The notes beneath the pieces are model-generated. The model was not told where the DNA came from. It was given only the letters and a program-made list of their open reading frames with translations, and made no database searches. The translations under genes were made by a program, and so were the position numbers. Shown in pieces: positions 38,389 through 48,260 of a stretch of 64,000 nucleotides of DNA; within the stretch, counting starts at the first letter, position 1; each line of letters begins with the position of its first letter. Origin of the DNA: Vulcanimicrobiota bacterium (GTDB lineage: Bacteria > Vulcanimicrobiota > Vulcanimicrobiia > Vulcanimicrobiales > Vulcanimicrobiaceae). The DNA is taken from contig CAVZQC010000005.1 in NCBI GenBank assembly GCA_963777315.1, positions 1-64,000 on the forward strand. The letters run 5' to 3'.

Positions 38389-41124
38389 CTACACCAGTAA
38401 GGCGGCGGCGACCGCGCGGTCTTGCGTCCATCGGCGGCCTTCTTCGCACAATTCGCGCAGTACGGCCTCGTCGAAATTTTGCCGCAGCCGTCTCATGACG
38501 CGATCGTACTCCTGCTGCTCGGTGTATTCGCGCGCAGTCTCCAGCGCAAGCAAGCGCGCATCGACAAAGCCCATCAACCACGCCGCGCGCCTGCGATCTT
38601 CGACTTGGGCATCGGCATCGCCGGACTGCTGCAAAGCTGCAATGGCGGCCAAGTGCTGCAGCGCAAACGCAACCGAAACGTCGACCTGAACCTCGCGAGC
38701 GAGCGCGAGTGCTTCTCGTGCGTGCGCGCGCGCGGGCTCGTAGCGGTCCAATGCGACGTAATACGCGGCGATGTTTCCCAAGATCGCCGCCACGGTGCGT
38801 TGCCGGCCGAGCTTTCGAACGGCATCGAGGGCCTTTTCGGCATATCCCAGTGCGATTTGCGCATCGCCGCATCTAAATTCGGCTTCGGCAAGCGTAGCGG
38901 CGGTAATCGCAACGTTTCCTTCGTCCGTGCCCTCTTCGAACGCGGCCGACGCCTGCGCGAAAAGCTCGCGCGCTCCGGTGACGTCGCCCTTCAACCCGTG
39001 CGCGGCGGCCAGGTCGCGCAGCGTTCCGCCCACGCGCCACGAGCCGGATTGGCGCCGCGTGACGAGCGATTCGCGCAGCAGCTGCTCTCCCTCGTCGACT
39101 CGGCCCAGATACACCAGCGAACGGCCCGCCAGACGCTGCGCTTCGGCCATTCCGGGCTCGTCGTGCAACTCGACGAACGCTGCCAACGCCCGCTGCGCGG
39201 CCGAAAGCGAGGACCGGAACTGGTTGAAGGCCGAGGCCAGAAACGCTTCTCCGAGTTGCAGCCGGGCTGCCACGAGCGGCGGCGTCGCATCGTCGACGCG
39301 TTCGAGCGCCGACTGAACCCAACGCCGTGCTTCAGCGGCGGCAAAAACGCCGAAGACGCGATGCAACGTCGCGGCCAGCCTTTCTCCCACACGCGGATTC
39401 CCGTCCGATCCGAACGACCACGTCAGCGAAGCGCGAATGTTTTCCAGCTCTCGCTCGGCGCGGCAAAGCCAAACGCGATAGGGGAGTTGCTCGTAATTCA
39501 GCGCGAGCGTTTCGGCCAACTGCGTGTACGCGTGCGCGTGGGCCGCCGCAGTTTCCATCTGCTCGGCGCACTCGATCAGCTTTTCGCGCGCGTACTGCCG
39601 GGTCGATTCGAGCAGACGATAGCGGACGTCTTGCTCGACCGGCTCGGCAAGGACGAGCGACTTGTCTACCAGCGACGAGAGCAGCTCGAGGGTTTCGAAC
39701 TCATCGACGCAATGCGCCGCGCCGACGGCGATCGCCGCGTCGAGCGTAAAGCCGCCGGCAAAAATGGAGACGAGCCGGAACATGCGCTGTTCCACGGGTA
39801 CGAGCAGATCGTAGCTCCAGTCGATGAGCGCCCGCATCGTTTGCTGGCGCGGCAGCGCAGTACGATCGCCGCCGGTGAGGATTCGAAAGCGCTCACCGAG
39901 TTTCTGCGCCAGCTGTGCGGGCGAGAGCATTCTCATGCGGGCCGCCGCGAGCTCTATCGCCAGCGGAATGCCGTCGAGCGCCGTGCAGACTTGCGCCACG
40001 ATTCGCGCGTTGTCGCCCTCGAGCGAAAAGCGCGGGTTCACCGCGCACGCGCGCGCGCGAAACAGCTCGATCGCTGCCGCGACGTCGAGCGACGGCATGC
40101 GATAAACGGACTCTCCGGTGAGATTGAGCGCTTCGCGGCTGGTCGCGAGCAGCGTCACTTTCGGGCAGGCGCGCAGAATGGCGGCCGCACTCGTGGACAC
40201 TGCGTCGACCAGATGTTCGCAGTTGTCCAGAATCAACAACAGATGCTTTTGCTTGAGGTGCGCGAGCAGCGAGTCGAGTACGGGACGCCCGGGGCTTTCC
40301 TGAAGGTCGAAGATCGCGGCGACCGCGGCGGGCACCAGCAGCGGATCGCTGAGCGCGGCGAGGTCCGCGAACCAAACACCGTCCCCGTACCGCTCGAATG
40401 CATCCGCGCCGGCCTGCAGCGCGCAGCGCGTTTTGCCCACGCCGCCGGCGCCGCACAGCGTAACGAGGCGTGCCTGCACCAGCAGCGCTTGGATGTCGCG
40501 CAGGTCTTGCTCGCGCCCGACGAATCCGGTGATCTGCGAGGGGAGATTGGTGTTGAGAACGTTGAGCGAACGAAGTTTGGGAAAGTCCGCGCGCAGATCA
40601 GGCGCAACGAGCTGAAAAACGTGCTCGGAGGCGGTGAGATCCTTGAGACGATGTTCGCCCAGATCGCGCATGGACGTGTCGCGCGGAAGCCTTCCGTCGA
40701 GGCGGCCGGCAACTGCGCCGGAAAGAACGATTTGGCCGCCGTGCGCTACTGCCAGCAATCTCGCTACGCGGTTGAGCGTGGGCCCGAAGTAGTCGCCGTC
40801 ACGTTCGTCGGACTCGCCCACGTGTATCGCCATGCGCACGCCCACGCCGTCGACGCCGGAAAAGTCTTGTGCGCCCAGCATTCGTTGCGCGGCCACCGAC
40901 GCGTCGATTGCGTCGTAAACGTCGGCAAACGCCACGCAAAACGCGTCGCCGAGCGTCTTGAAAATGTAGCCGTGGTGTTCGGCCATGGCGGCCTTGAACA
41001 GGTCGTCGTGCCGGCGCACCGCCTGCTGCATTGCCTGCGGATCGCGATCCCAACGCACGGTGCTGCCTTCGATGTCGGTGAAGAGGAAAGCGACCTTGCC
41101 CGAGGGCGGCGCGACGGGAACCAT
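38389..41124 (-). CDS. Class III adenylate/guanylate cyclase + STAND-type NTPase + TPR protein
   Basis: FTDIEGST, KTLGDAF, DYFGPTLNRVARL; Walker A GAGGVGKT; LILDNCEH; LDGIPLAIELAA. Confidence 0.9.
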   Translation of the reverse strand: MVPVAPPSGKVAFLFTDIEGSTVRWDRDPQAMQQAVRRHDDLFKAAMAEHHGYIFKTLGDAFCVAFADVYDAIDASVAAQRMLGAQDFSGVDGVGVRMAIHVGESDERDGDYFGPTLNRVARLLAVAHGGQIVLSGAVAGRLDGRLPRDTSMRDLGEHRLKDLTASEHVFQLVAPDLRADFPKLRSLNVLNTNLPSQITGFVGREQDLRDIQALLVQARLVTLCGAGGVGKTRCALQAGADAFERYGDGVWFADLAALSDPLLVPAAVAAIFDLQESPGRPVLDSLLAHLKQKHLLLILDNCEHLVDAVSTSAAAILRACPKVTLLATSREALNLTGESVYRMPSLDVAAAIELFRARACAVNPRFSLEGDNARIVAQVCTALDGIPLAIELAAARMRMLSPAQLAQKLGERFRILTGGDRTALPRQQTMRALIDWSYDLLVPVEQRMFRLVSIFAGGFTLDAAIAVGAAHCVDEFETLELLSSLVDKSLVLAEPVEQDVRYRLLESTRQYAREKLIECAEQMETAAAHAHAYTQLAETLALNYEQLPYRVWLCRAERELENIRASLTWSFGSDGNPRVGERLAATLHRVFGVFAAAEARRWVQSALERVDDATPPLVAARLQLGEAFLASAFNQFRSSLSAAQRALAAFVELHDEPGMAEAQRLAGRSLVYLGRVDEGEQLLRESLVTRRQSGSWRVGGTLRDLAAAHGLKGDVTGARELFAQASAAFEEGTDEGNVAITAATLAEAEFRCGDAQIALGYAEKALDAVRKLGRQRTVAAILGNIAAYYVALDRYEPARAHAREALALAREVQVDVSVAFALQHLAAIAALQQSGDADAQVEDRRRAAWLMGFVDARLLALETAREYTEQQEYDRVMRRLRQNFDEAVLRELCEEGRRWTQDRAVAAALLV

Positions 41125-41224
41125 ACTCAGCACAGACTTACGCCGGCCGGTACCGCGGAAAAGAGGCAGGTGCGGAGTCGTCGCAGCACCAACGCCTTGT
41201 CGAACCATCATTCGAGGAGCGGCC

Positions 41225-42667
41225 ATGAAACTCGTTCGGACATGCATTCTCTATCCGATCGCTTTTTCTTCGCTGGTGCTGGCATCATGCGGCGGCGGAG
41301 CGCTTCATCAGATTCCGCAGTCCGATCAAAGCGGATCGGCACAGCCGCCTGCGCAGCCGCCTGCGAGCGGGGCGACGGTCAGTGCCGCGGACGGCACTTA
41401 CGCGATCCCACTTTCGGGCGGGTACGGCGCAACCATCACGCTGCACGCGCAGAATGCCCCGTCCGGTGCCCATCTCCTCGTGCATGGCGACCAAACTGCG
41501 ACCGCGCCCAGCACCGCTCGACAGACGCAGTCGGCGCGATCCGCGGCCTGCCCCATCCCGCCCACGATTTATCTGCAGAACCCCTTTCCGTTTCCCATCA
41601 CCATTCGGCTGGAAAGCTTTTCGGTTGTCTTGCCGTGCGACGTCGACGGCACGTTGTTCGGCGTGAGCTTCTATCAGGCGATACCGCAGCCGGCCGTCGT
41701 CACTTCGACCAAAGTGGGCGATGCGACGGCGATGGGCCGCAAGATTTCGTTCAGGCCGGCCGTCACGCGGCTGACGTTCGCGCCGTTCACGACCTCGGCG
41801 CTGGCGATCCGGCAAGAAACCTCGACGGCGCAGGTGGTTCTTCCGGTGGCGCCGGGATCGACCACGATGCTGACCTCCAACGTTTCGCACGTTCCGTCGA
41901 CGCTGTCATTCAACTACGCGACCGCTACGGGCGGCTCGTCATATTCTTCAGCATGCTTTAACGCGCACGACGCCTCCGGTGCGCTCGTTGCCGCGCTGCG
42001 CGGCGTGCCGATCGCGGGAACGCCGTCGTTCTACTGCAGCGTCGATCCCGGAACGTCGGCGATCGCGTTCGGCCGCGTGATCAAGTTTTTCATCGGCAGG
42101 CCCAAATACGATGCGAGCGTCTTTGAATTCGACGGACCGAGCAGCGCGTATCTGTGCACGAGCGGCTCTAGCGTCCAGTGCGACACGCCGTCGTTCAGCA
42201 TTCCAACGTACCGGAACTTGATCGTCGCCAATGCGAAAGATCTGCAGATGTGCGTGCCGGTCACGCCAAACGCGGACTGCAATAACGTGGCAGGCAAACC
42301 TTCGCCCCCGCCGTCCATGCAGACCGTCTCGCGCGGCGCGGAATTCCAACTGCTCGTCGCCGACGATCCGACGTACAAGCCGGGCACCCGAACCGCGCCC
42401 GTCCCGTGGGACGGCCTGCTGCGCCTGACGGTGAGCGGCAAGTGCCGCATCAATACGCGTCCCGACTCGGAAAACGGTGAAACACCGCCGGGCTACAGCG
42501 ACGACGATCAGAGGGGCGTCGGGCCGTCCGCCGAGTTCGACATCAGCCCCACCGGCAGCGGAACGTGCAGCATAACGACGAGCGAAGATCCGAAGTTCAT
42601 CACCGACTATAGCGATCCGCAGCATCCCACGGGACGTTCAAAGACGATCGCGATTACGATCCGTTAA
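41225..42667 (+). CDS. Hypothetical Cys-containing beta-rich lipoprotein
   Basis: Lipobox LVLAS-C; GAGGAG RBS. Confidence 0.75.
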   Translation: MKLVRTCILYPIAFSSLVLASCGGGALHQIPQSDQSGSAQPPAQPPASGATVSAADGTYAIPLSGGYGATITLHAQNAPSGAHLLVHGDQTATAPSTARQTQSARSAACPIPPTIYLQNPFPFPITIRLESFSVVLPCDVDGTLFGVSFYQAIPQPAVVTSTKVGDATAMGRKISFRPAVTRLTFAPFTTSALAIRQETSTAQVVLPVAPGSTTMLTSNVSHVPSTLSFNYATATGGSSYSSACFNAHDASGALVAALRGVPIAGTPSFYCSVDPGTSAIAFGRVIKFFIGRPKYDASVFEFDGPSSAYLCTSGSSVQCDTPSFSIPTYRNLIVANAKDLQMCVPVTPNADCNNVAGKPSPPPSMQTVSRGAEFQLLVADDPTYKPGTRTAPVPWDGLLRLTVSGKCRINTRPDSENGETPPGYSDDDQRGVGPSAEFDISPTGSGTCSITTSEDPKFITDYSDPQHPTGRSKTIAITIR

Positions 42668-42707
42668 AGCGCGTCGCGCGCCGACCGCGGTGAAGGCGAT
42701 TTGCCCG

Positions 42708-42836
42708 TTACGGGCCGCCTTTGCCGTTGCGCCTGTCGCGATACTCCTTGTAGGCCGGACTCGTCATGGTGGCTTCCATGAATTTGAAAATGCAGTACAT
42801 GACGAGCGGCACGAGGAGCAGTTCGACCGGGAACAT
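42708..42836 (-). CDS. Possible 42-aa single-TM protein
   Basis: MFPVELLLVPLVMYCIFKFMEATMTSPAYKEYRDRRNGKGGP; follows the upstream minus-strand operon. Confidence 0.4.
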   Translation of the reverse strand: MFPVELLLVPLVMYCIFKFMEATMTSPAYKEYRDRRNGKGGP

Positions 42837-42849
42837 CAGGGCCGTACGG

Positions 42850-43344
42850 TTAGCGGCGCGAACTCGAACGAATCTGACCGCAAGGGAACGCAACGATCTG
42901 CTGGGGCAGGATGACGGCGTCGTTGAACGGCCATTGGTGCGCGAGGAGAAACGGCGGCGGAAAGATCGCGTTGAGCTCGGGGTTGATCTCGGCGCTGAAG
43001 AAATAGCCTTGCGGCGAGAGCGCCGGAGCCAGCGATGCGATGCGGTAGATCGCAAGAGGGCGCCGGTAGAAGAGCGCGTAGCCCTGATCGGTTCCGATGA
43101 AATCGTAGCCGTGTATCGCGAGATCCGCGCTGAGTCTGCCGATCGGCACGTGCGGGCGGAACAGTCTTCCGAACCCGCTGGATCCGAAGCTTCGAAACGC
43201 CGTCGAACCGACGCGCGTGCCCGGACGGCACGAGTCGGCGTACTTGACGTGCCGCGCAGAATCCCGTGCCGGCGCGGGGCCGGCGTGTGCCGGTACCCCC
43301 ATCGAAGAGACGAGCGCTGCCAGGAAAAGCGCGGTGTGGTTCAT
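42850..43344 (-). CDS. Hypothetical secreted protein
   Basis: Signal peptide (PAHA), Cys pair. Confidence 0.6.
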   Translation of the reverse strand: MNHTALFLAALVSSMGVPAHAGPAPARDSARHVKYADSCRPGTRVGSTAFRSFGSSGFGRLFRPHVPIGRLSADLAIHGYDFIGTDQGYALFYRRPLAIYRIASLAPALSPQGYFFSAEINPELNAIFPPPFLLAHQWPFNDAVILPQQIVAFPCGQIRSSSRR

Positions 43345-43360
43345 CGAATGCCCCGTTCTT

Positions 43361-43774
43361 TTAGCGGTGCAGCTCAGACAGTTCGTTCAGGGCGCTTGGG
43401 TTTCCGTAGGGCTGCGGATCGCCTTTGAACAGCACGCCGAGCACCGTACACCGTACTGCCGCGAGCCCCATGGGCCAAGGCGAGTGCGTCCACTTGCCGT
43501 AGAATGGAACTCCCGGGACCGGATGCACGCCGTTGGAGTCAAGATCGGCGAGCAGGGTGATGTCTTCTCGGGACGGATCCCACAAGTCCATGCGCAGACG
43601 CGTTTTGCGAATTTGGCGCCCGGTGAGGTTCGTCTCTTTCACCGTCCACGCAATGTCCATTTGTCCCGTCGAGGGACGTCCGTAAATATGCGCTTGACAC
43701 GTGTTGACGGTGACTGCGTTGGGCTGTAGCGGCAATAACGTCACTACAGCCAACATCAGTGAAGGCAGCGTCAT
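43361..43774 (-). CDS. Hypothetical secreted protein
   Basis: Hydrophobic N-terminus, Cys pair, ATGA overlap with the upstream gene. Confidence 0.6.
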   Translation of the reverse strand: MTLPSLMLAVVTLLPLQPNAVTVNTCQAHIYGRPSTGQMDIAWTVKETNLTGRQIRKTRLRMDLWDPSREDITLLADLDSNGVHPVPGVPFYGKWTHSPWPMGLAAVRCTVLGVLFKGDPQPYGNPSALNELSELHR

Positions 43775-44709
43775 CGGTTAGCCGCCAGCAAACGCGCGAG
43801 CGTCATCGGGTCGACGCATTGCAGCCGGCGCATGCCGTTCAGGACGGCCTTGGAGTCGTTGTGCAGAACGCTTTTCCGGATCGAAGCGATGATGCTGCGT
43901 TCGTGCACGGATGGCTGATGGTATGACGGACACGGGGAGTCGCTTTGCGCGAGTGTTTTCGCGACGGGTGCAAACTTCCAGTCCGGAGCTGCCGCAGGCG
44001 CGGGTTGCTGCGACACCGTCTTGGCGACGACGCTATCGGCAGCGGGTTTGGTTTGCGGCACGGCGGACTGATCGGACGACGGGGGCAGACCGGGCGCGCC
44101 CGGTGCTACCGAAACCGCTTTGCAAACGTCGGCGATTGGCTGCAGCGCGGGGTTCATCTCGGGATGCAGCACGAGCCCGGCTTTGGCGAACTCGCCGCAC
44201 TTGGAGATCATCGTCAGCGTCGTGTCGAGCTGCTTTTGCTTGAGGATCTCGTCCCCGAGCTGCTGGCAGGTCTTGGACGGCGCGTGGCCGATGGGCGCTT
44301 GATATCCTATCGATGCGCCGAAGTTGTACGCGTTCGAACCGAATCCGCCCGTCTGCGGCTGTCCCACCGGCGCGGGGTTGTTGGCGTTTTGGTTGACGTT
44401 GTTTTGGTACAGAGCCGCGGTGAATTGCGGGGTCGGGCATTGGATGCCCACGCCGTACGAGTACAGGCCCAGCGGTACCGTGTTGATCTGCGTGTTGACG
44501 TTGGCGCTGGAGGCGTTCGAGTCCGTGAACGGGTTGACCGACTGCGCGTTGCTCGGCTGCGCCGTAACGTTGGTCGTCCCGCCGACGGTCACTTGCGGTG
44601 CCGCGGTGGGCGCCGGAGCGGGCGCGACCTGTGCGACGGCGAGCGATCCGGAGAATCCGCTCAGGGCCGTCACCAGCGTCGTCAGAACCAGAATTCGATT
44701 GTTACGCAT
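43771..44709 (-). CDS. Hypothetical secreted Cys-patterned protein
   Basis: Signal peptide; YSYGVGIQCPTP...NFGASIGYQAPIG...CQQL...KQKQLD...SKCGEFAKAGLVLHP...VC. Confidence 0.75.
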   Translation of the reverse strand: MRNNRILVLTTLVTALSGFSGSLAVAQVAPAPAPTAAPQVTVGGTTNVTAQPSNAQSVNPFTDSNASSANVNTQINTVPLGLYSYGVGIQCPTPQFTAALYQNNVNQNANNPAPVGQPQTGGFGSNAYNFGASIGYQAPIGHAPSKTCQQLGDEILKQKQLDTTLTMISKCGEFAKAGLVLHPEMNPALQPIADVCKAVSVAPGAPGLPPSSDQSAVPQTKPAADSVVAKTVSQQPAPAAAPDWKFAPVAKTLAQSDSPCPSYHQPSVHERSIIASIRKSVLHNDSKAVLNGMRRLQCVDPMTLARLLAANR

Positions 44710-44732
44710 GATGCTAATCCTTCTGAACTGGG

Positions 44733-44758
44733 AGGGGATTCATCGGGATGAATCCCCT
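44733..44758. other. Intergenic hairpin between the first two genes of the secreted-protein operon
   Basis: AGGGGATTCATC-GG-GATGAATCCCCT. Confidence 0.6.
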
Positions 44759-44769
44759 GCCGCGCTGGT

Positions 44770-45369
44770 TTATTGGAAGTTCGAGAACGCCTGGCTCTCG
44801 ATCGACGTGGTCGAGGAACCGAATTCCTCGTGCGTGTTGGTGTACGCGGTGTCATTGCCGTACACGTGTACGTGCGTGTAGGAACCGGCCGAGTCGTACG
44901 TCACTTCGATGCTCGGGTTGTCGAAGTTCAGTTTGAACGACTGAGATTGGCCGCTGTACGTGCCGGCCAGGTTGCCGTTGAAGTCGGAGGTCGAACCGGG
45001 GTTCTCGATCTTGACGACATCCTTGGGAATGTCGTTGCCGAAAACGTCGATGCCCGAGTTCGTCGGGGGATTCTTGATCGTGCCCGTGATGGCTCCGTTG
45101 ATGTCGCCGCTGTCGGAGGACTTGGTGAAGTTGCCGCTGATCCCGTTGAACGAGACGCCGGCTTTCTCCGAGGAGGTCCAGTTGTTGACGTAGCCGTCGT
45201 AGTAGTCGTGGTTGACTTGGCTGACGTTGGTGCATCCGGTCATCCATGAGTTCGTGAAGATCGACGTCGTTCCGGTGGTTTCCGCGAACGCAGGCGATGC
45301 CGCCACGGCGATGAATGCGCCGACTGCCGCAAGTGCGAGCGCTTTGCTCTTTAGCATAGAGAGAAGCAT
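44770..45369 (-). CDS. Hypothetical secreted Ser/Thr/Asn-rich beta-strand protein
   Basis: Signal peptide (SPAFA); AAAGGA RBS; C-terminal aromatic end (FSNFQ). Confidence 0.75.
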   Translation of the reverse strand: MLLSMLKSKALALAAVGAFIAVAASPAFAETTGTTSIFTNSWMTGCTNVSQVNHDYYDGYVNNWTSSEKAGVSFNGISGNFTKSSDSGDINGAITGTIKNPPTNSGIDVFGNDIPKDVVKIENPGSTSDFNGNLAGTYSGQSQSFKLNFDNPSIEVTYDSAGSYTHVHVYGNDTAYTNTHEEFGSSTTSIESQAFSNFQ

Positions 45370-45576
45370 CCTTTCTTTCTATCGCCCGGGTCTCGGCGCG
45401 ATAGGGGGTGAGGAGATACTCGGACAGCGTACCGGAAGCGGTTAAGCAAGGCACGGGCTAAGCGTTCCGGGAGCAAGTGGTGATTGCAGCCCGGGTTTAG
45501 GGCCCGTCGAATCTGATCAGCGTGATAGGTTGCGCAAAAATCCTGGAAGTAAAGGCCGTTTGCTGAGACCTACGGC

Positions 45577-46512
45577 TCATTTTCCGCGCGCAGCCGCAGT
45601 ATTTCGCGCGCTCAGCCTGCGCATGATCGGCGGAAGCTCCGCGAGCAATTCGCGCGCCAGAAATCCTACTCCCATTTTGCGCCCGAGCGTCAAACCGGCT
45701 TGCGCATGCAGGAAAACGCCCCAGATCGCCGCTTCGGCCGGGCCTGCCCCCCGTGCAAGAATCCCACCGATGACGCCGGCGAGCGTATCGCCCGAGCCCG
45801 ACGTCGCCAAGCCGACGTGGCCGTACCGGTTGCAGAAGAGCTCGCCCTGCGGCGTTGCGATGTACGTCGCCGCGCCCTTGAGCGCGACCACCGTACCGAA
45901 GCGGCGAACGGCCTCGAGCACGTGACTTGCCGGATCGGCCTCAACGACATCGCGCTCGATCCCGAGCATCGCGGCCATTTCTCCGGCGTGCGGCGTGAGA
46001 ACGGCGCGAGAGCCCAATTTTCCCAGTGCGCCGGCACGATCGCGAACGAAAGCCAGCGCGGCCGCATCGAAAACCGCCGGCCTTTCCAGGCGCGGCGCGA
46101 GCGAGGCGAAGAGCCCCGCGCACGTGGCGTCTTGGGTCAAGCCCGGTCCAAAGACGAGCGCGTCGACGCGGTTGGCTCTGCGGGCGATCTCGGCAGCGGC
46201 CGCCGGTAGTATTGCGCCCGATTCGCTTTGCGCAAACGGCACGACCAGCGCTTCGGGAACCGCGGCGGCTACGTGGAGCGCAATGCTCTCGCACGTGGCG
46301 ATCTGCAGTTTGCCCGCGCCCACGCGCAGCGCGGCCGTGGCCGCCAAGATCGCCGGGCCGGGCATTTGCGGACTGCCGGCCACGATGAGCACGCGGCCCC
46401 GCGCATCCTTATCACCCTGCGCAAGAGCTGGGAGCGGGCGGCGATGCAGGAGCGCCGGGCCAATGCGCGCAGCGGCGGGGCGGCGCGCTTTACTTGGGTG
46501 CGACGGGGACAT
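45577..46512 (-). CDS. nnrD: ADP/ATP-dependent NAD(P)H-hydrate dehydratase
   Basis: KDARGRVLIVAGS, GPGL, LTPHAGEM, LKG, LATSGSGDTLAG. Confidence 0.9.
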   Translation of the reverse strand: MSPSHPSKARRPAAARIGPALLHRRPLPALAQGDKDARGRVLIVAGSPQMPGPAILAATAALRVGAGKLQIATCESIALHVAAAVPEALVVPFAQSESGAILPAAAAEIARRANRVDALVFGPGLTQDATCAGLFASLAPRLERPAVFDAAALAFVRDRAGALGKLGSRAVLTPHAGEMAAMLGIERDVVEADPASHVLEAVRRFGTVVALKGAATYIATPQGELFCNRYGHVGLATSGSGDTLAGVIGGILARGAGPAEAAIWGVFLHAQAGLTLGRKMGVGFLARELLAELPPIMRRLSARNTAAARGK

Positions 46513-47248
46513 CGGGACCGCGGGTCACCGGTTCGCCGGCCTCGCGCAGCGGCGCGGTGGCGTTGTATCGCTCCAATTGCATGCGCGCGGAGCTGCCCGC
46601 GCCGACGGCGCGATATGCGGTAATCGAACAATTCGCCACGTCCCCTGCGGCGTCAATGGCAAGAATCTCCCCCTCGTTCATGTCCTCGAGCAGATAGCGA
46701 AAGCACAGAACGATCACTTGATGCCCGATCACGGCCACGCGCCGGCCGGGATAATCGAGCGTCAAGGAATCCAGCAGGCTGCGCAAGCGCAGAATGACGT
46801 CCGTCCAGCTCTCTCCGCCGGGCGGCCGGTAATAGAACTTGCCCAGGCGCGAGCGCATCTGCGCCTGATCGGGGTAGCGCTGTTCGATTCCCGTGCGCGT
46901 CAGGCGGTCGAGGATGCCGAATTCCTTTTCCCGCAGCCGCTCGTCGCTTCGGACTTCGACGCCCTGCCATTGCGCGGCGGCCAGTGCAATCGCGGCGGTC
47001 TGCTGGGCGCGCACGTAGGGCGAAGTGAGCACCGCGGTCACCGGCTTGCTGTTGTGCGCGAGCCACTCTCCCAGCGCGCGCGCCTGGCGTTCACCCAGTT
47101 GTGAAAGCGGGACGTCGCAATCGCGCTGCTCGATATCGATCGTCGACAAGCCTTGAGAAAGCGCGAGGTCGCGGGCGACGTTGCCGGCGCTCTGCCCGTG
47201 CCGGATCAGCAGCAGTTCGTCGGGCCATCGCCGGTCGGATTCGTGCAC
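46490..47248 (-). CDS. Histidine phosphatase (phosphoglycerate mutase-like) family protein
   Basis: IRHGQS, SPYVRAQQTA, LREKEFG, PPGGES, VIGH. Confidence 0.9.
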   Translation of the reverse strand: MHESDRRWPDELLLIRHGQSAGNVARDLALSQGLSTIDIEQRDCDVPLSQLGERQARALGEWLAHNSKPVTAVLTSPYVRAQQTAAIALAAAQWQGVEVRSDERLREKEFGILDRLTRTGIEQRYPDQAQMRSRLGKFYYRPPGGESWTDVILRLRSLLDSLTLDYPGRRVAVIGHQVIVLCFRYLLEDMNEGEILAIDAAGDVANCSITAYRAVGAGSSARMQLERYNATAPLREAGEPVTRGPDVPVAPK

Positions 47249-47328
47249 GTCGGAACTGTACCCGCGAACGACGTTCCCAGTCCGGGCTCAGCGGCATTCG
47301 TTACCCTGGCACCCAAAAAAGGAAGTAC

Positions 47329-47760
47329 ATGATTAGAGCCTTCATCGCGGGAGTTCTGCTGGCGGCGTGGGCGCGAACGCCGACGACAAGCCGCCCAAAT
47401 TTGAAGCGTGGGCGGCGCGCACGTCGCTGAGCGCAACTTTACGGCGAAGCGCTCCACGCGGGGACAACCCGCTGCCGGCAACCGATCGCAATGTGCTCGC
47501 CGGCGTCAAACTCTACGGTGCGAATTGCGCGGTTTGTCACGGCGATTCAAGCGCGAACGCCACGAACGTGGCCAAAGGCCTCTATCAAAAGCCGCCGCAG
47601 TTGGCAAAACGCGATCGCGCACGGCATTCGTTGGACCGGAATGCCTGCATTCGGCAAGACGTTGGATCGAACCCAGCTCTGGCAGCTCACGCTGTTCTTG
47701 AAGAGCATGGACCGTCTGCCGGCCGCGCCCTACGCGGCCTGGCACAACATCAGAGCGTAA
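47329..47760 (+). pseudogene. Cytochrome c fragmented across three frames
   Basis: MIRAFIAGVLLAA | ANADDKPP...CAVCHG...KPPQLAK | IAHGIRWTGMPAF...; frame breaks near 47367 and 47610. Confidence 0.7.
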
Positions 47761-47765
47761 GGAGC

Positions 47766-48164
47766 CTATCGCGCGGAACGCGCCTGCGGCGTGGCGACGA
47801 AGGTGTACTGCGCGTTGGCGCTCGTAAATGCCGTGCCTACGATCGCGCCGGCTTCGATGCGCGCATTGACGTGGGTGACGGCCGTCGAACCGATGTCCAG
47901 CCAAATCGAGTTGCCCGTTTTCCCGCCCACGACGGGCACGTACATCGCGCTGAAGTCGGCCGGAAAGTAGTAGCCGTCGACGATGCCCTCAGCGTCGATC
48001 CGTAAATCCAGCGCGCCGGTGTACGGTCCGCTCGAGCCGTAGAGCTGCGTCATCGCAGTCGAATAGTGCGCCGTGGCCAGTCCGGTATCGGCGGCCGCTG
48101 CCGCGGGAAGCGTGCACAAGGCCAAACCTATGCTCGCCGCGAGCGCGAGCGTCGTGAGTTTCAT
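47766..48164 (-). CDS. Hypothetical secreted protein
   Basis: MKLTTLALAASIG... signal peptide; beta-rich mature part. Confidence 0.7.
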   Translation of the reverse strand: MKLTTLALAASIGLALCTLPAAAAADTGLATAHYSTAMTQLYGSSGPYTGALDLRIDAEGIVDGYYFPADFSAMYVPVVGGKTGNSIWLDIGSTAVTHVNARIEAGAIVGTAFTSANAQYTFVATPQARSAR

Positions 48165-48260
48165 TGCATTTGCGTTCATCGCTACGATCAACGCGCGAGA
48201 GGGCGCTTTTGCTACGGCGAATGGATGAAAGGGGGGCAAAGGGCGAGAACGGCGTTTCCC

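Noticed and set aside
38422..41961. 1179-aa plus-strand ORF and the many other long antisense ORFs
   Set aside because: Shadow frames of real genes in high-GC DNA; Arg/Ala-rich with no motifs.
45416..45470. sigma54 or sigma28 promoter for the secreted-protein operon
   Set aside because: The sigma54-like match lacks the invariant GG, and the sigma28-like match (TAAC-N16-TCCGAGTA) is too weak to call.
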